The notes below the pieces were generated by a model. The model saw only the letters and a list, made by a program, of their open reading frames with translations. It was not told the origin of the DNA and did no database searches. A DNA stretch of 64,000 nt from Auanema rhodensis (Eukaryota; Animalia; Nematoda). The DNA is taken from positions 20,832,001 to 20,896,000 of the forward strand of contig OZ059896.1 in the NCBI GenBank assembly GCA_964057225.1. The letters are read 5' to 3'. Position numbers and translations under genes: made by a program. Position 1 is the stretch's first letter. Every line of letters begins with the position of its first letter. This document shows positions 1 through 12,279 of the stretch, in pieces.

Positions 1-96
1 GCAAAAAGTAGATGTTTTTAGATTCCATTTTTCAAGGCTAAGACGATAGACAATGTTATTCAACGAAAAAATTAATTCTTCAGGGTGAAAATCGAG

Positions 97-118
97 GATA
101 TAAGTGTGAACTTATATC
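97..118. other. Inverted repeat, 9-bp perfect stem with 4-nt loop, repeated per monomer
   Basis: GATATAAGT (97-105) - GTGA - ACTTATATC (110-118). It overlaps a second dyad, ATATCA-GT-TGATAT (114-127). Confidence 0.9.
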
Positions 119-135
119 AGTTGATATCTCGGTGC

Positions 136-186
136 ATTTTTAAGCTAGCGCAAATCTGATAACACAGATCGACGCAGCTTAAAAAT
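136..186. other. Long interrupted inverted repeat (about 51 nt), repeated per monomer
   Basis: ATTTTTAAGCT (136-146) pairs with AGCTTAAAAAT (176-186); GCG (148-150) with CGC (173-175); ATCTG (154-158) with CAGAT (165-169); loop ATAACA. Confidence 0.9.
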
Positions 187-269
187 CTGCATCGAATGCA
201 CTATACTACATTGAGAAACGCTTGATACAAAAATTAGTTATGATCGTTTGAAAAATGATGCATTAGTGT

Positions 270-297
270 ATGTTGAGTTTCCATGTACACTCAACAT
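270..297. other. Inverted repeat, 9-bp perfect stem with 10-nt loop, repeated per monomer
   Basis: ATGTTGAGT (270-278) and ACTCAACAT (289-297). Confidence 0.9.
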
Positions 298-310
298 TGC
301 TTCCAAAAAC

Positions 311-345
311 ATTTTGACAAAAATTTTTTCGAAAAATTTCAAAAT
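311..345. other. AT-rich imperfect palindrome centred on TCGA, repeated per monomer
   Basis: Perfect 12-bp palindrome TTTTTCGAAAAA (325-336), flanked by ATTTTGA (311-317) and TCAAAAT (339-345). Confidence 0.88.
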
Positions 346-3300
346 AATTTAGCAAAAAGTAGATGTTTTTAGATTCCATTTTTCAAGGCAAAGACGATAG
401 ACAATGTTATTCAACGAAAAAATTAATTCTTCAGGGTGAAAATCGAGGATATAAGTGTGAACTTATATCAGTTGATATCTCGGTGCATTTTTAAGCTAGC
501 GCAAATCTGATAACACAAATCGACGCAGCTTAAAAATCCGCATCGAATGCACTATACTACATTGAGAAACGCTTGATACAAAAATTAGTTATGATCGTTT
601 GAAAAATGATGCATTAGTGTATGTTGAGTTTCCATGTACACTCAACATTGCTTCCAAAAACATTTTGACAAAAATTTTTTCGAAAAATTTCAAAATAATT
701 TAGCAAAAAGTAGATGTTTTTAGATTCCATTTTTCAAGGCAAAGACGATAGACAATGTTATTCAACGAAAAAATTATTCTTCAGGGTGAAAATCGAGGAT
801 ATATGTGTGAACTTATATCAGTTGATATCTCGGTGCATTTTTAAGCTAGCGCAAATCTGATAACACAGATCGACGCAGCTTAAAAATCCACATCGAATGC
901 ACTATACTACATTGAGAAACGCTTGATACAAAAATTAGTTATGATCGTTTGAAAAATGATGCATTAGTGTATGTTGAGTTTCCATGTACACTCAACATTG
1001 CTTCCAAAAACATTTTGACAAAAATTTTTTCGAAAAATTTCAAAATAATTTAGCAAAAAGTAGATGTTTTTAGATTCCATTTTTCAAGGCAAAGACGATA
1101 GACAATGTTATTCAACGAAAAAATTAATTCTTCAGGGTGAAAATCGAGGATATAAGTGTGAACTTATATCAGTTGATATCTCGGTGCATTTTTAAGCTAG
1201 CGCAAATCTGATAACACAAATCGACGCAGCTTAAAAATCCGCATCGAATGCACTATACTACATTGAGAAACGCTTGATACAAAAATTAGTTATGATCGTT
1301 TGAAAAATGATGCATTAGTGTATGTTGAGTTTCCATGTACACTCAACATTGCTTCCAAAAACATTTTGACAAAAATTTTTTCGAAAAATTTCAAAATAAT
1401 TTAGCAAAAAGTAGATGTTTTTAGATTCCATTTTTCAAGGCAAAGACGATAGACAATGTTATTCAACGAAAAAATTAATTCTTCAGGGTGAAAATCGAGG
1501 ATATAAGTGTGAACTTATATCAGTTGATATCTCGGTGCATTTTTAAGCTAGCGCAAATCTGATAACACAAATCGACGCAGCTTAAAAATCCGCATCGAAT
1601 GCACTATACTACATTGAGAAACGCTTGATACAAAAATTAGTTATGATCGTTTGAAAAATGATGCATTAGTGTATGTTGAGTTTCCATGTACACTCAACAT
1701 TGCTTCCAAAAACATTTTGACAAAAATTTTTTCGAAAAATTTCAAAATAATTCAGCAAAAAGTAGATGTTTTTAGATTCCATTTTTCAAGGCAAAGACGA
1801 TAGACAATGTTATTCAACGAAAAAATTAATTCTTCAGGGTGAAAATCGAGGATATATGTGTGAACTTATATCAGTTGATATCTCGGTGCATTTTTAAGCT
1901 AGCGCAAATCTGATAACACAGATCGACGCAGCTTAAAAATCCACATCGAATGCACTATACTACATTGAGAAACGCTTGATACAAAAATTAGTTATGATCG
2001 TTTGAAAAATGATGCATTAGTGTATGTTGAGTTTCCATGTACACTCAACATTGCTTCCAAAAACATTTTGACAAAAATTTTTTCGAAAAATTTCAAAATA
2101 ATTTAGCAAAAAGTAGATGTTTTTAGATTCCATTTTTCAAGGCAAAGACGATAGACAATGTTATTCAACGAAAAAATTATTCTTCAGGGTGAAAATCGAG
2201 GATATATGTGTGAACTTATATCAGTTGATATCTCGGTGCATTTTTAAGCTAGCGCAAATCTGATAACACAGATCGACGCAGCTTAAAAATCCACATCGAA
2301 TGCACTATACTACATTGAGAAACGCTTGATACAAAAATTAGTTATGATCGTTTGAAAAATGATGCATTAGTGTATGTTGAGTTTCCATGTACACTCAACA
2401 TTGCTTCCAAAAACATTTTGACAAAAATTTTTTCGAAAAATTTCAAAATAATTTAGCAAAAAGTAGATGTTTTTAGATTCCATTTTTCAAGGCAAAGACG
2501 ATAGACAATGTTATTCAACGAAAAAATTAATTCTTCAGGGTGAAAATCGAGGATATAAGTGTGAACTTATATCAGTTGATATCTCGGTGCATTTTTAAGC
2601 TAGCGCAAATCTGATAACACAAATCGACGCAGCTTAAAAATCCGCATCGAATGCACTATACTACATTGAGAAACGCTTGATACAAAAATTAGTTATGATC
2701 GTTTGAAAAATGATGCATTAGTGTATGTTGAGTTTCCATGTACACTCAACATTGCTTCCAAAAACATTTTGACAAAAATTTTTTCGAAAAATTTCAAAAT
2801 AATTCAGCAAAATGTAGATGTTTTTAGATTCCATTTTTCAAGGCAAAGACGATAGACAATGTTATTCAACGAAAAAATTAATTCTTCAGGGTGAAAATCG
2901 AGGATATATGTGTGAACTTATATCAGTTGATATCTCGGTGCATTTTTAAGCTAGCGCAAATCTGATAACACAGATCGACGCAGCTTAAAAATCCACATCG
3001 AATGCACTATACTACATTGAGAAACGCTTGATACAAAAATTAGTTATGATCGTTTGAAAAATGATGCATTAGTGTATGTTGAGTTTCCATGTACACTCAA
3101 CATTGCTTCCAAAAACATTTTGACAAAAATTTTTTCGAAAAATTTCAAAATAATTTAGCAAAAAGTAGATGTTTTTAGATTCCATTTTTCAAGGCAAAGA
3201 CGATAGACAATGTTATTCAACGAAAAAATTAATTCTTCAGGGTGAAAATCGAGGATATAAGTGTGAACTTATATCAGTTGATATCTCGGTGCATTTTTAA

Positions 3301-6300
3301 GCTAGCGCAAATCTGATAACACAGATCGACGCAGCTTAAAAATCTGCATCGAATGCACTATACTACATCAAAAAACGCTTGATACAAAAATTAGTTATGA
3401 TCGTTTGAAAAATGATGCATTAGTGTATGTTGAGTTTCCATGTACACTCAACATTGCTTCCAAAAACATTTTGACAAAAATTTTTTCGAAAAATTTCAAA
3501 ATAATTTAGCAAAAAGTAGATGTTTTTAGATTCCATTTTTCAAGGCAAAGACGATAGACAATGTTATTCAACGAAAAAATTAATTCTTCAGGGTGAAAAT
3601 CGAGGATATATGTGTGAACTTATATCAGTTGATATCTCGGTGCATTTTTAAGCTAGCGCAAATCTGATAACACAGATCGACGCAGCTTAAAAATCCACAT
3701 CGAATGCACTATACTACATTGAGAAACGCTTGATACAAAAATTAGTTATGATCGTTTGAAAAATGATGCATTAGTGTATGTTGAGTTTCCATGTACACTC
3801 AACATTGCTTCCAGAAACATTTTGACAAAAATTTTTTCGAAAAATTTCAAAATAATTTAGCAAAAAGTAGATGTTTTTAGATTCCATTTTTCAAGGCAAA
3901 GACGATAGACAATGTTATTCAACGAAAAAATTAATTCTTCAGGGTGAAAATCGAGGATATAAGTGTGAACTTATATCAGTTGATATCTCGGTGCATTTTT
4001 AAGCTAGCGCAAATCTGATAACACAAATCGACGCAGCTTAAAAATCCGCATCGAATGCACTATACTACATTGAGAAACGCTTGATACAAAAATTAGTTAT
4101 GATCGTTTGAAAAATGATGCATTAGTGTATGTTGAGTTTCCATGTACACTCAACATTGCTTCCAAAAACATTTTGACAAAAATTTTTTCGAAAAATTTCA
4201 AAATAATTTAGCAAAAAGTAGATGTTTTTAGATTCCATTTTTCAAGGCAAAGACGATAGACAATGTTATTCAACGAAAAAATTAATTCTTCAGGGTGAAA
4301 ATCGAGGATATATGTGTGAACTTATATCAGTTGATATCTCGGTGCATTTTTAAGCTAGCGCAAATCTGATAACACAAATCGACGCAGCTTAAAAATCCGC
4401 ATCGAATGCACTATACTACATTGAGAAACGCTTGATACAAAAATTAGTTATGATCGTTTGAAAAATGATGCATTAGTGTATGTTGAGTTTCCATGTACAC
4501 TCAACATTGCTTCCAAAAACATTTTGACAAAAATTTTTTCGAAAAATTTCAAAATAATTTAGCAAAAAGTAGATGTTTTTAGATTCCATTTTTCAAGGCA
4601 AAGACGATAGACAATGTTATTCAACGAAAAAATTAATTCTTCAGGGTGAAAATCGAGGATATATGTGTGAACTTATATCAGTTGATATCTCGGTGCATTT
4701 TTAAGCTAGCGCAAATCTGATAACACAGATCGACGCAGCTTAAAAATCCACATCGAATGCACTATACTACATTGAGAAACGCTTGATACAAAAATAAGTT
4801 ATGATCGTTTGAAAAATGATGCATTAGTGTATGTTGAGTTTCCATGTACACTCAACATTGCTTCCAAAAACATTTTGACAAAAATTTTTTCGAAAAATTT
4901 CAAAATAATTTAGCAAAAAGTAGATGTTTTTAGATTCCATTTTTCAAGGCAAAGACGATAGACAATGTTATTCAACGAAAAAATTAATTCTTCAGGGTGA
5001 AAATCGAGGATATATGTGTGAACTTATATCAGTTGATATCTCGGTGCATTTTTAAGCTAGCGCAAATCTGATAACACAGATCGACGCAGCTTAAAAATCC
5101 ACATCGAATGCACTATACTACATTGAGAAACGCTTGATACAAAAATTAGTTATGATCGTTTGAAAAATGATGCATTAGTGTATGTTGAGTTTCCATGTAC
5201 ACTCAACATTGCTTCCAAAAACATTTTGACAAAAATTTTTTCGAAAAATTTCAAAATAATTTAGCAAAAAGTAGATGTTTTTAGATTCCATTTTTCAAGG
5301 CAAAGACGATAGACAATGTTATTCAACGAAAAAATTAATTCTTCAGGGTGAAAATCGAGGATATATGTGTGAACTTATATCAGTTGATATCTCGGTGCAT
5401 TTTTAAGCTAGCGCAAATCTGATAACACAGATCGACGCAGCTTAAAAATCCACATCGAATGCACTATACTACATTGAGAAACGCTCGATACAAAAATTAG
5501 TTATGATCGTTTGAAAAATGATGCATTAGTGTATGTTGAGTTTCCATGTACACTCAACATTGCTTCCAAAAACATTTTGACAAAAATTTTTTCGAAAAAT
5601 TTCAAAATAATTTAGCAAAAAGTAGATGTTTTTAGATTCCTTTTTTCAAGGCAAAGACGATGGACAATGTTATTCAACGAAAAAATTAATTCTTCAGGGT
5701 GAAAATCGAGGATATAAGTGTGAACTTATATCAGTTGATATCTCGGTGCATTTTTAAGCTAGCGCAAATCTGATAACACAGATCGGCGCAGCTTAAAATC
5801 CGCATCGAATGCACTATACTACATTGAGAAACGCTTGATACAAAAATTAGTTATGATCGTTTGAAAAATGATGCATTAGTGTATGTTGAGTTTCCATGTA
5901 CACTCAACATTGCTTCCAAAAACATTTTGACAAAAATTTTTTCGAAAAATTTCAAAATAATTTAGCAAAAAGCAGATGTTTTTAGATTCCATTTTTCAAG
6001 GCAAAGACGATAGACAATGTTATTCAACGAAAAAATTAATTCTTCAGGGTGAAAATCGAGGATATAAGTGTGAACTTATATCAGTTGATATCTCGGTGCA
6101 TTTTTAAGCTAGCGCAAATCTGATAACACAAATCGACGCAGCTTAAAAATCCGCATCGAATGCACTATACTACATTGAGAAACGCTTGATACAAAAATTA
6201 GTTATGATCGTTTGAAAAATGATGCATTAGTGTATGTTGAGTTTCCATGTACACTCAACATTGCTTCCAAAAACATTTTGACAAAAATTTTTTCGAAAAA

Positions 6301-7017
6301 TTTCAAAATAATTTAGCAAAAAGTAGATGTTTTTAGATTCCATTTTTCAAGGCAAAGACGATAGACAATGTTATTCAACGAAAAAATTAATTCTTCAGGG
6401 TGAAAATCGAGGATATATGTGTGAACTTATATCAGTTGATATCTCGGTGCATTTTTAAGCTAGCGCAAATCTGATAACACAGATCGACGCAGCTTAAAAA
6501 TCCACATCGAATGCACTATACTACATTGAGAAACGCTTGATACAAAAATAAGTTATGATCGTTTGAAAAATGATGCATTAGTGTATGTTGAGTTTCCATG
6601 TACACTCAACATTGCTTCCAAAAACATTTTGACAAAAATTTTTTCGAAAAATTTCAAAATAATTTAGCAAAAAGTAGATGTTTTTAGATTCCATTTTTCA
6701 AGGCAAAGACGATAGACAATGTTATTCAACGAAAAAATTAATTCTTCAGGGTGAAAATCGAGGATATATGTGTGAACTTATATCAGTTGATATCTCGGTG
6801 CATTTTTAAGCTAGCGCAAATCTGATAACACAGATCGACGCAGCTTAAAAATCCACATCGAATGCACTATACTACATTGAGAAACGCTTGATACAAAAAT
6901 TAGTTATGATCGTTTGAAAAATGATGCATTAGTGTATGTTGAGTTTCCATGTACACTCAACATTGCTTCCAAAAACATTTTGACAAAAATTTTTTCGAAA
7001 AATTTCAAAATAATTTA

Positions 7018-9121
7018 GCAAAAAGTAGATGTTTTTAGATTCCATTTTTCAAGGCAAAGACGATAGACAATGTTATTCAACGAAAAAATTAATTCTTCAG
7101 GGTGAAAATCGAGGATATAAGTGTGAACTTATATCAGTTGATATCTCGGTGCATTTTTAAGCTAGCGCAAATCTGATAACACAAATCGACGCAGCTTAAA
7201 AATCCGCATCGAATGCACTATACTACATTGAGAAACGCTTGATACAAAAATTAGTTATGATCGTTTGAAAAATGATGCATTAGTGTATGTTGAGTTTCCA
7301 TGTACACTCAACATTGCTTCCAAAAACATTTTGACAAAAATTTTTTCGAAAAATTTCAAAATAATTTAGCAAAAAGTAGATGTTTTTAGATTCCTTTTTT
7401 CAAGGCAAAGACGATGGACAATGTTATTCAACGAAAAAATTAATTCTTCAGGGTGAAAATCGAGGATATAAGTGTGAACTTATATCAGTTGATATCTCGG
7501 TGCATTTTTAAGCTAGCGCAAATCTGATAACACAGATCGACGCAGCTTAAAATCCGCATCGAATGCACTATACTACATTGAGAAACGCTTGATACAAAAA
7601 TTAGTTATGATCGTTTGAAAAATGATGCATTAGTGTATGTTGAGTTTCCATGTACACTCAACATTGCTTCCAAAAACATTTTGACAAAAATTTTTTCGAA
7701 AAATTTCAAAATAATTTAGCAAAAAGTAGATGTTTTTAGATTCCATTTTTCAAGGCAAAGACGATAGACAATGTTATTCAACGAAAAAATTAATTCTTCA
7801 GGGTGAAAATCGAGGATATATGTGTGAACTTATATCAGTTGATATCTCGGTGCATTTTTAAGCTAGCGCAAATCTGATAACACAGATCGACGCAGCTTAA
7901 AAATCCACATCGAATGCACTATACTACATTGAGAAACGCTTGATACAAAAATAAGTTATGATCGTTTGAAAAATGATGCATTAGTGTATGTTGAGTTTCC
8001 ATGTACACTCAACATTGCTTCCAAAAACATTTTGACAAAAATTTTTTCGAAAAATTTCAAAATAATTTAGCAAAAAGTAGATGTTTTTAGATTCCATTTT
8101 TCAAGGCAAAGACGATAGACAATGTTATTCAACGAAAAAATTAATTCTTCAGGGTGAAAATCGAGGATATAAGTGTGAACTTATATCAGTTGATATCTCG
8201 GTGCATTTTTAAGCTAGCGCAAATCTGATAACACAAATCGACGCAGCTTAAAAATCCGCATCGAATGCACTATACTACATTGAGAAACGCTTGATACAAA
8301 AATTAGTTATGATCGTTTGAAAAATGATGCATTAGTGTATGTTGAGTTTCCATGTACACTCAACATTGCTTCCAAAAACATTTTGACAAAAATTTTTTCG
8401 AAAAATTTCAAAATAATTTAGCAAAAAGTAGATGTTTTTAGATTCCTTTTTTCAAGGCAAAGACGATGGACAATGTTATTCAACGAAAAAATTAATTCTT
8501 CAGGGTGAAAATCGAGGATATAAGTGTGAACTTATATCAGTTGATATCTCGGTGCATTTTTAAGCTAGCGCAAATCTGATAACACAGATCGACGCAGCTT
8601 AAAATCCGCATCGAATGCACTATACTACATTGAGAAACGCTTGATACAAAAATTAGTTATGATCGTTTGAAAAATGATGCATTAGTGTATGTTGAGTTTC
8701 CATGTACACTCAACATTGCTTCCAAAAACATTTTGACAAAAATTTTTTCGAAAAATTTCAAAATAATTTAGCAAAAAGTAGATGTTTTTAGATTCCATTT
8801 TTCAAGGCAAAGACGATAGACAATGTTATTCAACGAAAAAATTAATTCTTCAGGGTGAAAATCGAGGATATATGTGTGAACTTATATCAGTTGATATCTC
8901 GGTGCATTTTTAAGCTAGCGCAAATCTGATAACACAGATCGACGCAGCTTAAAAATCCACATCGAATGCACTATACTACATTGAGAAACGCTTGATACAA
9001 AAATAAGTTATGATCGTTTGAAAAATGATGCATTAGTGTATGTTGAGTTTCCATGTACACTCAACATTGCTTCCAAAAACATTTTGACAAAAATTTTTTC
9101 GAAAAATTTCAAAATAATTTA
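7018..9121 (+). repeat. Local 3-mer higher-order duplication (M21-23 = M24-26, period 1052 bp)
   Basis: The order [G167A] - [A27T, A49G, 1-bp deletion] - [A103T, G189A, T235A] occurs twice. Confidence 0.85.
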
Positions 9122-12100
9122 GCAAAAAGTAGATGTTTTTAGATTCCATTTTTCAAGGCAAAGACGATAGACAATGTTATTCAACGAAAAAATTAATTCT
9201 TCAGGGTGAAAATCGAGGATATATGTGTGAACTTATATCAGTTGATATCTCGGTGCATTTTTAAGCTAGCGCAAATCTGATAACACAGATCGACGCAGCT
9301 TAAAAATCCACATCGAATGCACTATACTACATTGAGAAACGCTTGATACAAAAATTAGTTATGATCGTTTGAAAAATGATGCATTAGTGTATGTTGAGTT
9401 TCCATGTACACTCAACATTGCTTCCAAAAACATTTTGACAAAAATTTTTTCGAAAAATTTCAAAATAATTTAGCAAAAAGTAGATGTTTTTAGATTCCAT
9501 TTTTCAAGGCAAAGACGATAGACAATGTTATTCAACGAAAAAATTAATTCTTCAGGGTGAAAATCGAGGATATAAGTGTGAACTTATATCAGTTGATATC
9601 TCGGTGCATTTTTAAGCTAGCGCAAATCTGATAACACAAATCGACGCAGCTTAAAAATCCGCATCGAATGCACTATACTACATTGAGAAACGCTTGATAC
9701 AAAAATTAGTTATGATCGTTTGAAAAATGATGCATTAGTGTATGTTGAGTTTCCATGTACACTCAACATTGCTTCCAAAAACATTTTGACAAAAATTTTT
9801 TCGAAAAATTTCAAAATAATTTAGCAAAAAGTAGATGTTTTTAGATTCCTTTTTTCAAGGCAAAGACGATGGACAATGTTATTCAACGAAAAAATTAATT
9901 CTTCAGGGTGAAAATCGAGGATATAAGTGTGAACTTATATCAGTTGATATCTCGGTGCATTTTTAAGCTAGCGCAAATCTGATAACACAGATCGGCGCAG
10001 CTTAAAATCCGCATCGAATGCACTATACTACATTGAGAAACGCTTGATACAAAAATTAGTTATGATCGTTTGAAAAATGATGCATTAGTGTATGTTGAGT
10101 TTCCATGTACACTCAACATTGCTTCCAAAAACAGTTTGACAAAAATTTTTTCGAAAAATTTCAAAATAATTTAGCAAAAAGTAGATGTTTTTAGATTCCC
10201 TTTTTCAAGGCAAAGACGATAGACAATGTTATTCAACGAAAAAATTAATTCTTCAGGGTGAAAATCGAGGATATAAGTGTGAACTTATATCAGTTGATAT
10301 CTCGGTGCATTTTTAAGCTAGCGCAAATCTGATAACACAGATCGACGCAGCTTAAAAATCCGCAACGAATGCACTATACTACATCAAGAAACGCTTGATA
10401 CGAAAATTAGTTATGATCGTTTGAAAAATGATGCATTAGTGTATGTTGAGTTTCCATGTACACTCAACATTGCTTCCAAAAACATTTTGACAAAAATTTT
10501 TTCGAAAAATTTCAAAATAATTTAGCAAAAAGTAGATGTTTTTAGATTCCTTTTTTTAAGGCAAAGACGATGGACAATGTTATTCAACGAAAAAATTAAT
10601 TCTTCAGGGTGAAAATCGAGGATATAAGTGTGAACTTATATCAGTTGATATCTCGGTGCATTTTTAAGCTAGCGCAAATCTGATAACACAGATCGACGCA
10701 GCTTAAAAATCTGCATCGAATGCACTATACTACATCAAGAAACGCTTGATACAAAAATTAGTTATGATCGTTTGAAAAATGATGCATTAGTGTATGTTGA
10801 GTTTCCATGTACACTCAACATTGCTTCCAAAAACATTTTGACAAAAATTTTTTCGAAAAATTTCAAAATAATTTAGCAAAAAGTAGATGTTTTTAGATTC
10901 CATTTTTCAAGGCAAAGACGATAGACAATGTTATTCAACGAAAAAATTAATTCTTCAGGGTGAAAATCGAGGATATAAGTGTGAACTTATATCAGTTGAT
11001 ATCTCGGTGCATTTTTAAGCTAGCGCAAATCTGATAACACAAATCGACGCAGCTTAAAAATCCGCATCGAATGCACTATACTACATTGAGAAACGCTTGA
11101 TACAAAAATTAGTTATGATCGTTTGAAAAATGATGCATTAGTGTATGTTGAGTTTCCATGTACACTCAACATTGCTTCCAAAAACATTTTGACAAAAATT
11201 TTTTCGAAAAATTTCGAAATAATTTAGCAAAAAGTAGATGTTTTTAGATTCCATTTTTCAAGGCAAAGACGATAGACAATGTTATTCAACGAAAAAATTA
11301 ATTCTTCAGGGTGAAAATCGAGGATATATGTGTGAACTTATATCAGTTGATATCTCGGTGCATTTTTAAGCTAGCGCAAATCTGATAACACAGATCGACG
11401 CAGCTTAAAAATCCACATCGAATGCACTATACTACATTGAGAAACGCTTGATACAAAAATTAGTTATGATCGTTTGAAAAATGATGCATTAGTGTATGTT
11501 GAGTTTCCATGTACACTCAACATTGCTTCCAAAAACATTTTGACAAAAATTTTTTCGAAAAATTTCAAAATAATTTAGCAAAAAGTAGATGTTTTTAGAT
11601 TCCATTTTTCAAGGCAAAGACGATAGACAATGTTATTCAACGAAAAAATTAATTCTTCAGGGTGAAAATCGAGGATATAAGTGTGAACTTATATCAGTTG
11701 ATATCTCGGTGCATTTTTAAGCTAGCGCAAATCTGATAACACAAATCGACGCAGCTTAAAAATCCGCATCGAATGCACTATACTACATTGAGAAACGCTT
11801 GATACAAAAATTAGTTATGATCGTTTGAAAAATGATGCATTAGTGTATGTTGAGTTTCCATGTACACTCAACATTGCTTCCAAAAACATTTTGACAAAAA
11901 TTTTTTCGAAAAATTTCGAAATAATTTAGCAAAAAGTAGATGTTTTTAGATTCCATTTTTCAAGGCAAAGACGATAGACAATGTTATTCAACGAAAAAAT
12001 TAATTCTTCAGGGTGAAAATCGAGGATATATGTGTGAACTTATATCAGTTGATATCTCGGTGCATTTTTAAGCTAGCGCAAATCTGATAACACAGATCGA

Positions 12101-12279
12101 CGCAGCTTAAAAATCCACATCGAATGCACTATACTACATTGAGAAACGCTTGATACAAAAATTAGTTATGATCGTTTGAAAAATGATGCATTAGTGTATG
12201 TTGAGTTTCCATGTACACTCAACATTGCTTCCAAAAACATTTTGACAAAAATTTTTTCGAAAAATTTCAAAATAATTTA

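Larger units (their letters stand above)
1..351 (+). repeat. Representative monomer M1 (differs from consensus at m39 and m188)
   Basis: The next copy starts at 352. The consensus has about 57 G and 53 C in 351 bp, 12 CpGs, and many A/T tracts of 4-6 nt. Confidence 0.98.

Noticed and set aside
106-109. GNRA tetraloop (GTGA, variant GTAA) as evidence of a functional RNA
   Set aside because: It is easily chance. The common A103T allele breaks the stem and G106A breaks the loop motif.
327-343. CENP-B box-like motif (TTCGAAAAATTTCAA)
   Set aside because: It matches only TTCG and the central A of TTCGnnnnAnnCGGG; the CGGG half is missing.
1-351. Tandem RNA gene unit (5S rRNA, tRNA, snRNA, spliced leader, hammerhead ribozyme)
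   Set aside because: I could not find the conserved motifs by eye. CTGATAA at 156-162 resembles but does not match the hammerhead CUGANGA core. An Rfam cmscan would settle it.
1-351. Internal dimer of about 175-bp subunits
   Set aside because: No convincing direct similarity between the two halves; only short A/T-rich matches.
1-351. Drosophila 1.688 (359-bp family) satellite
   Set aside because: Similar size and AT content, but the sequence does not match that consensus as I recall it.
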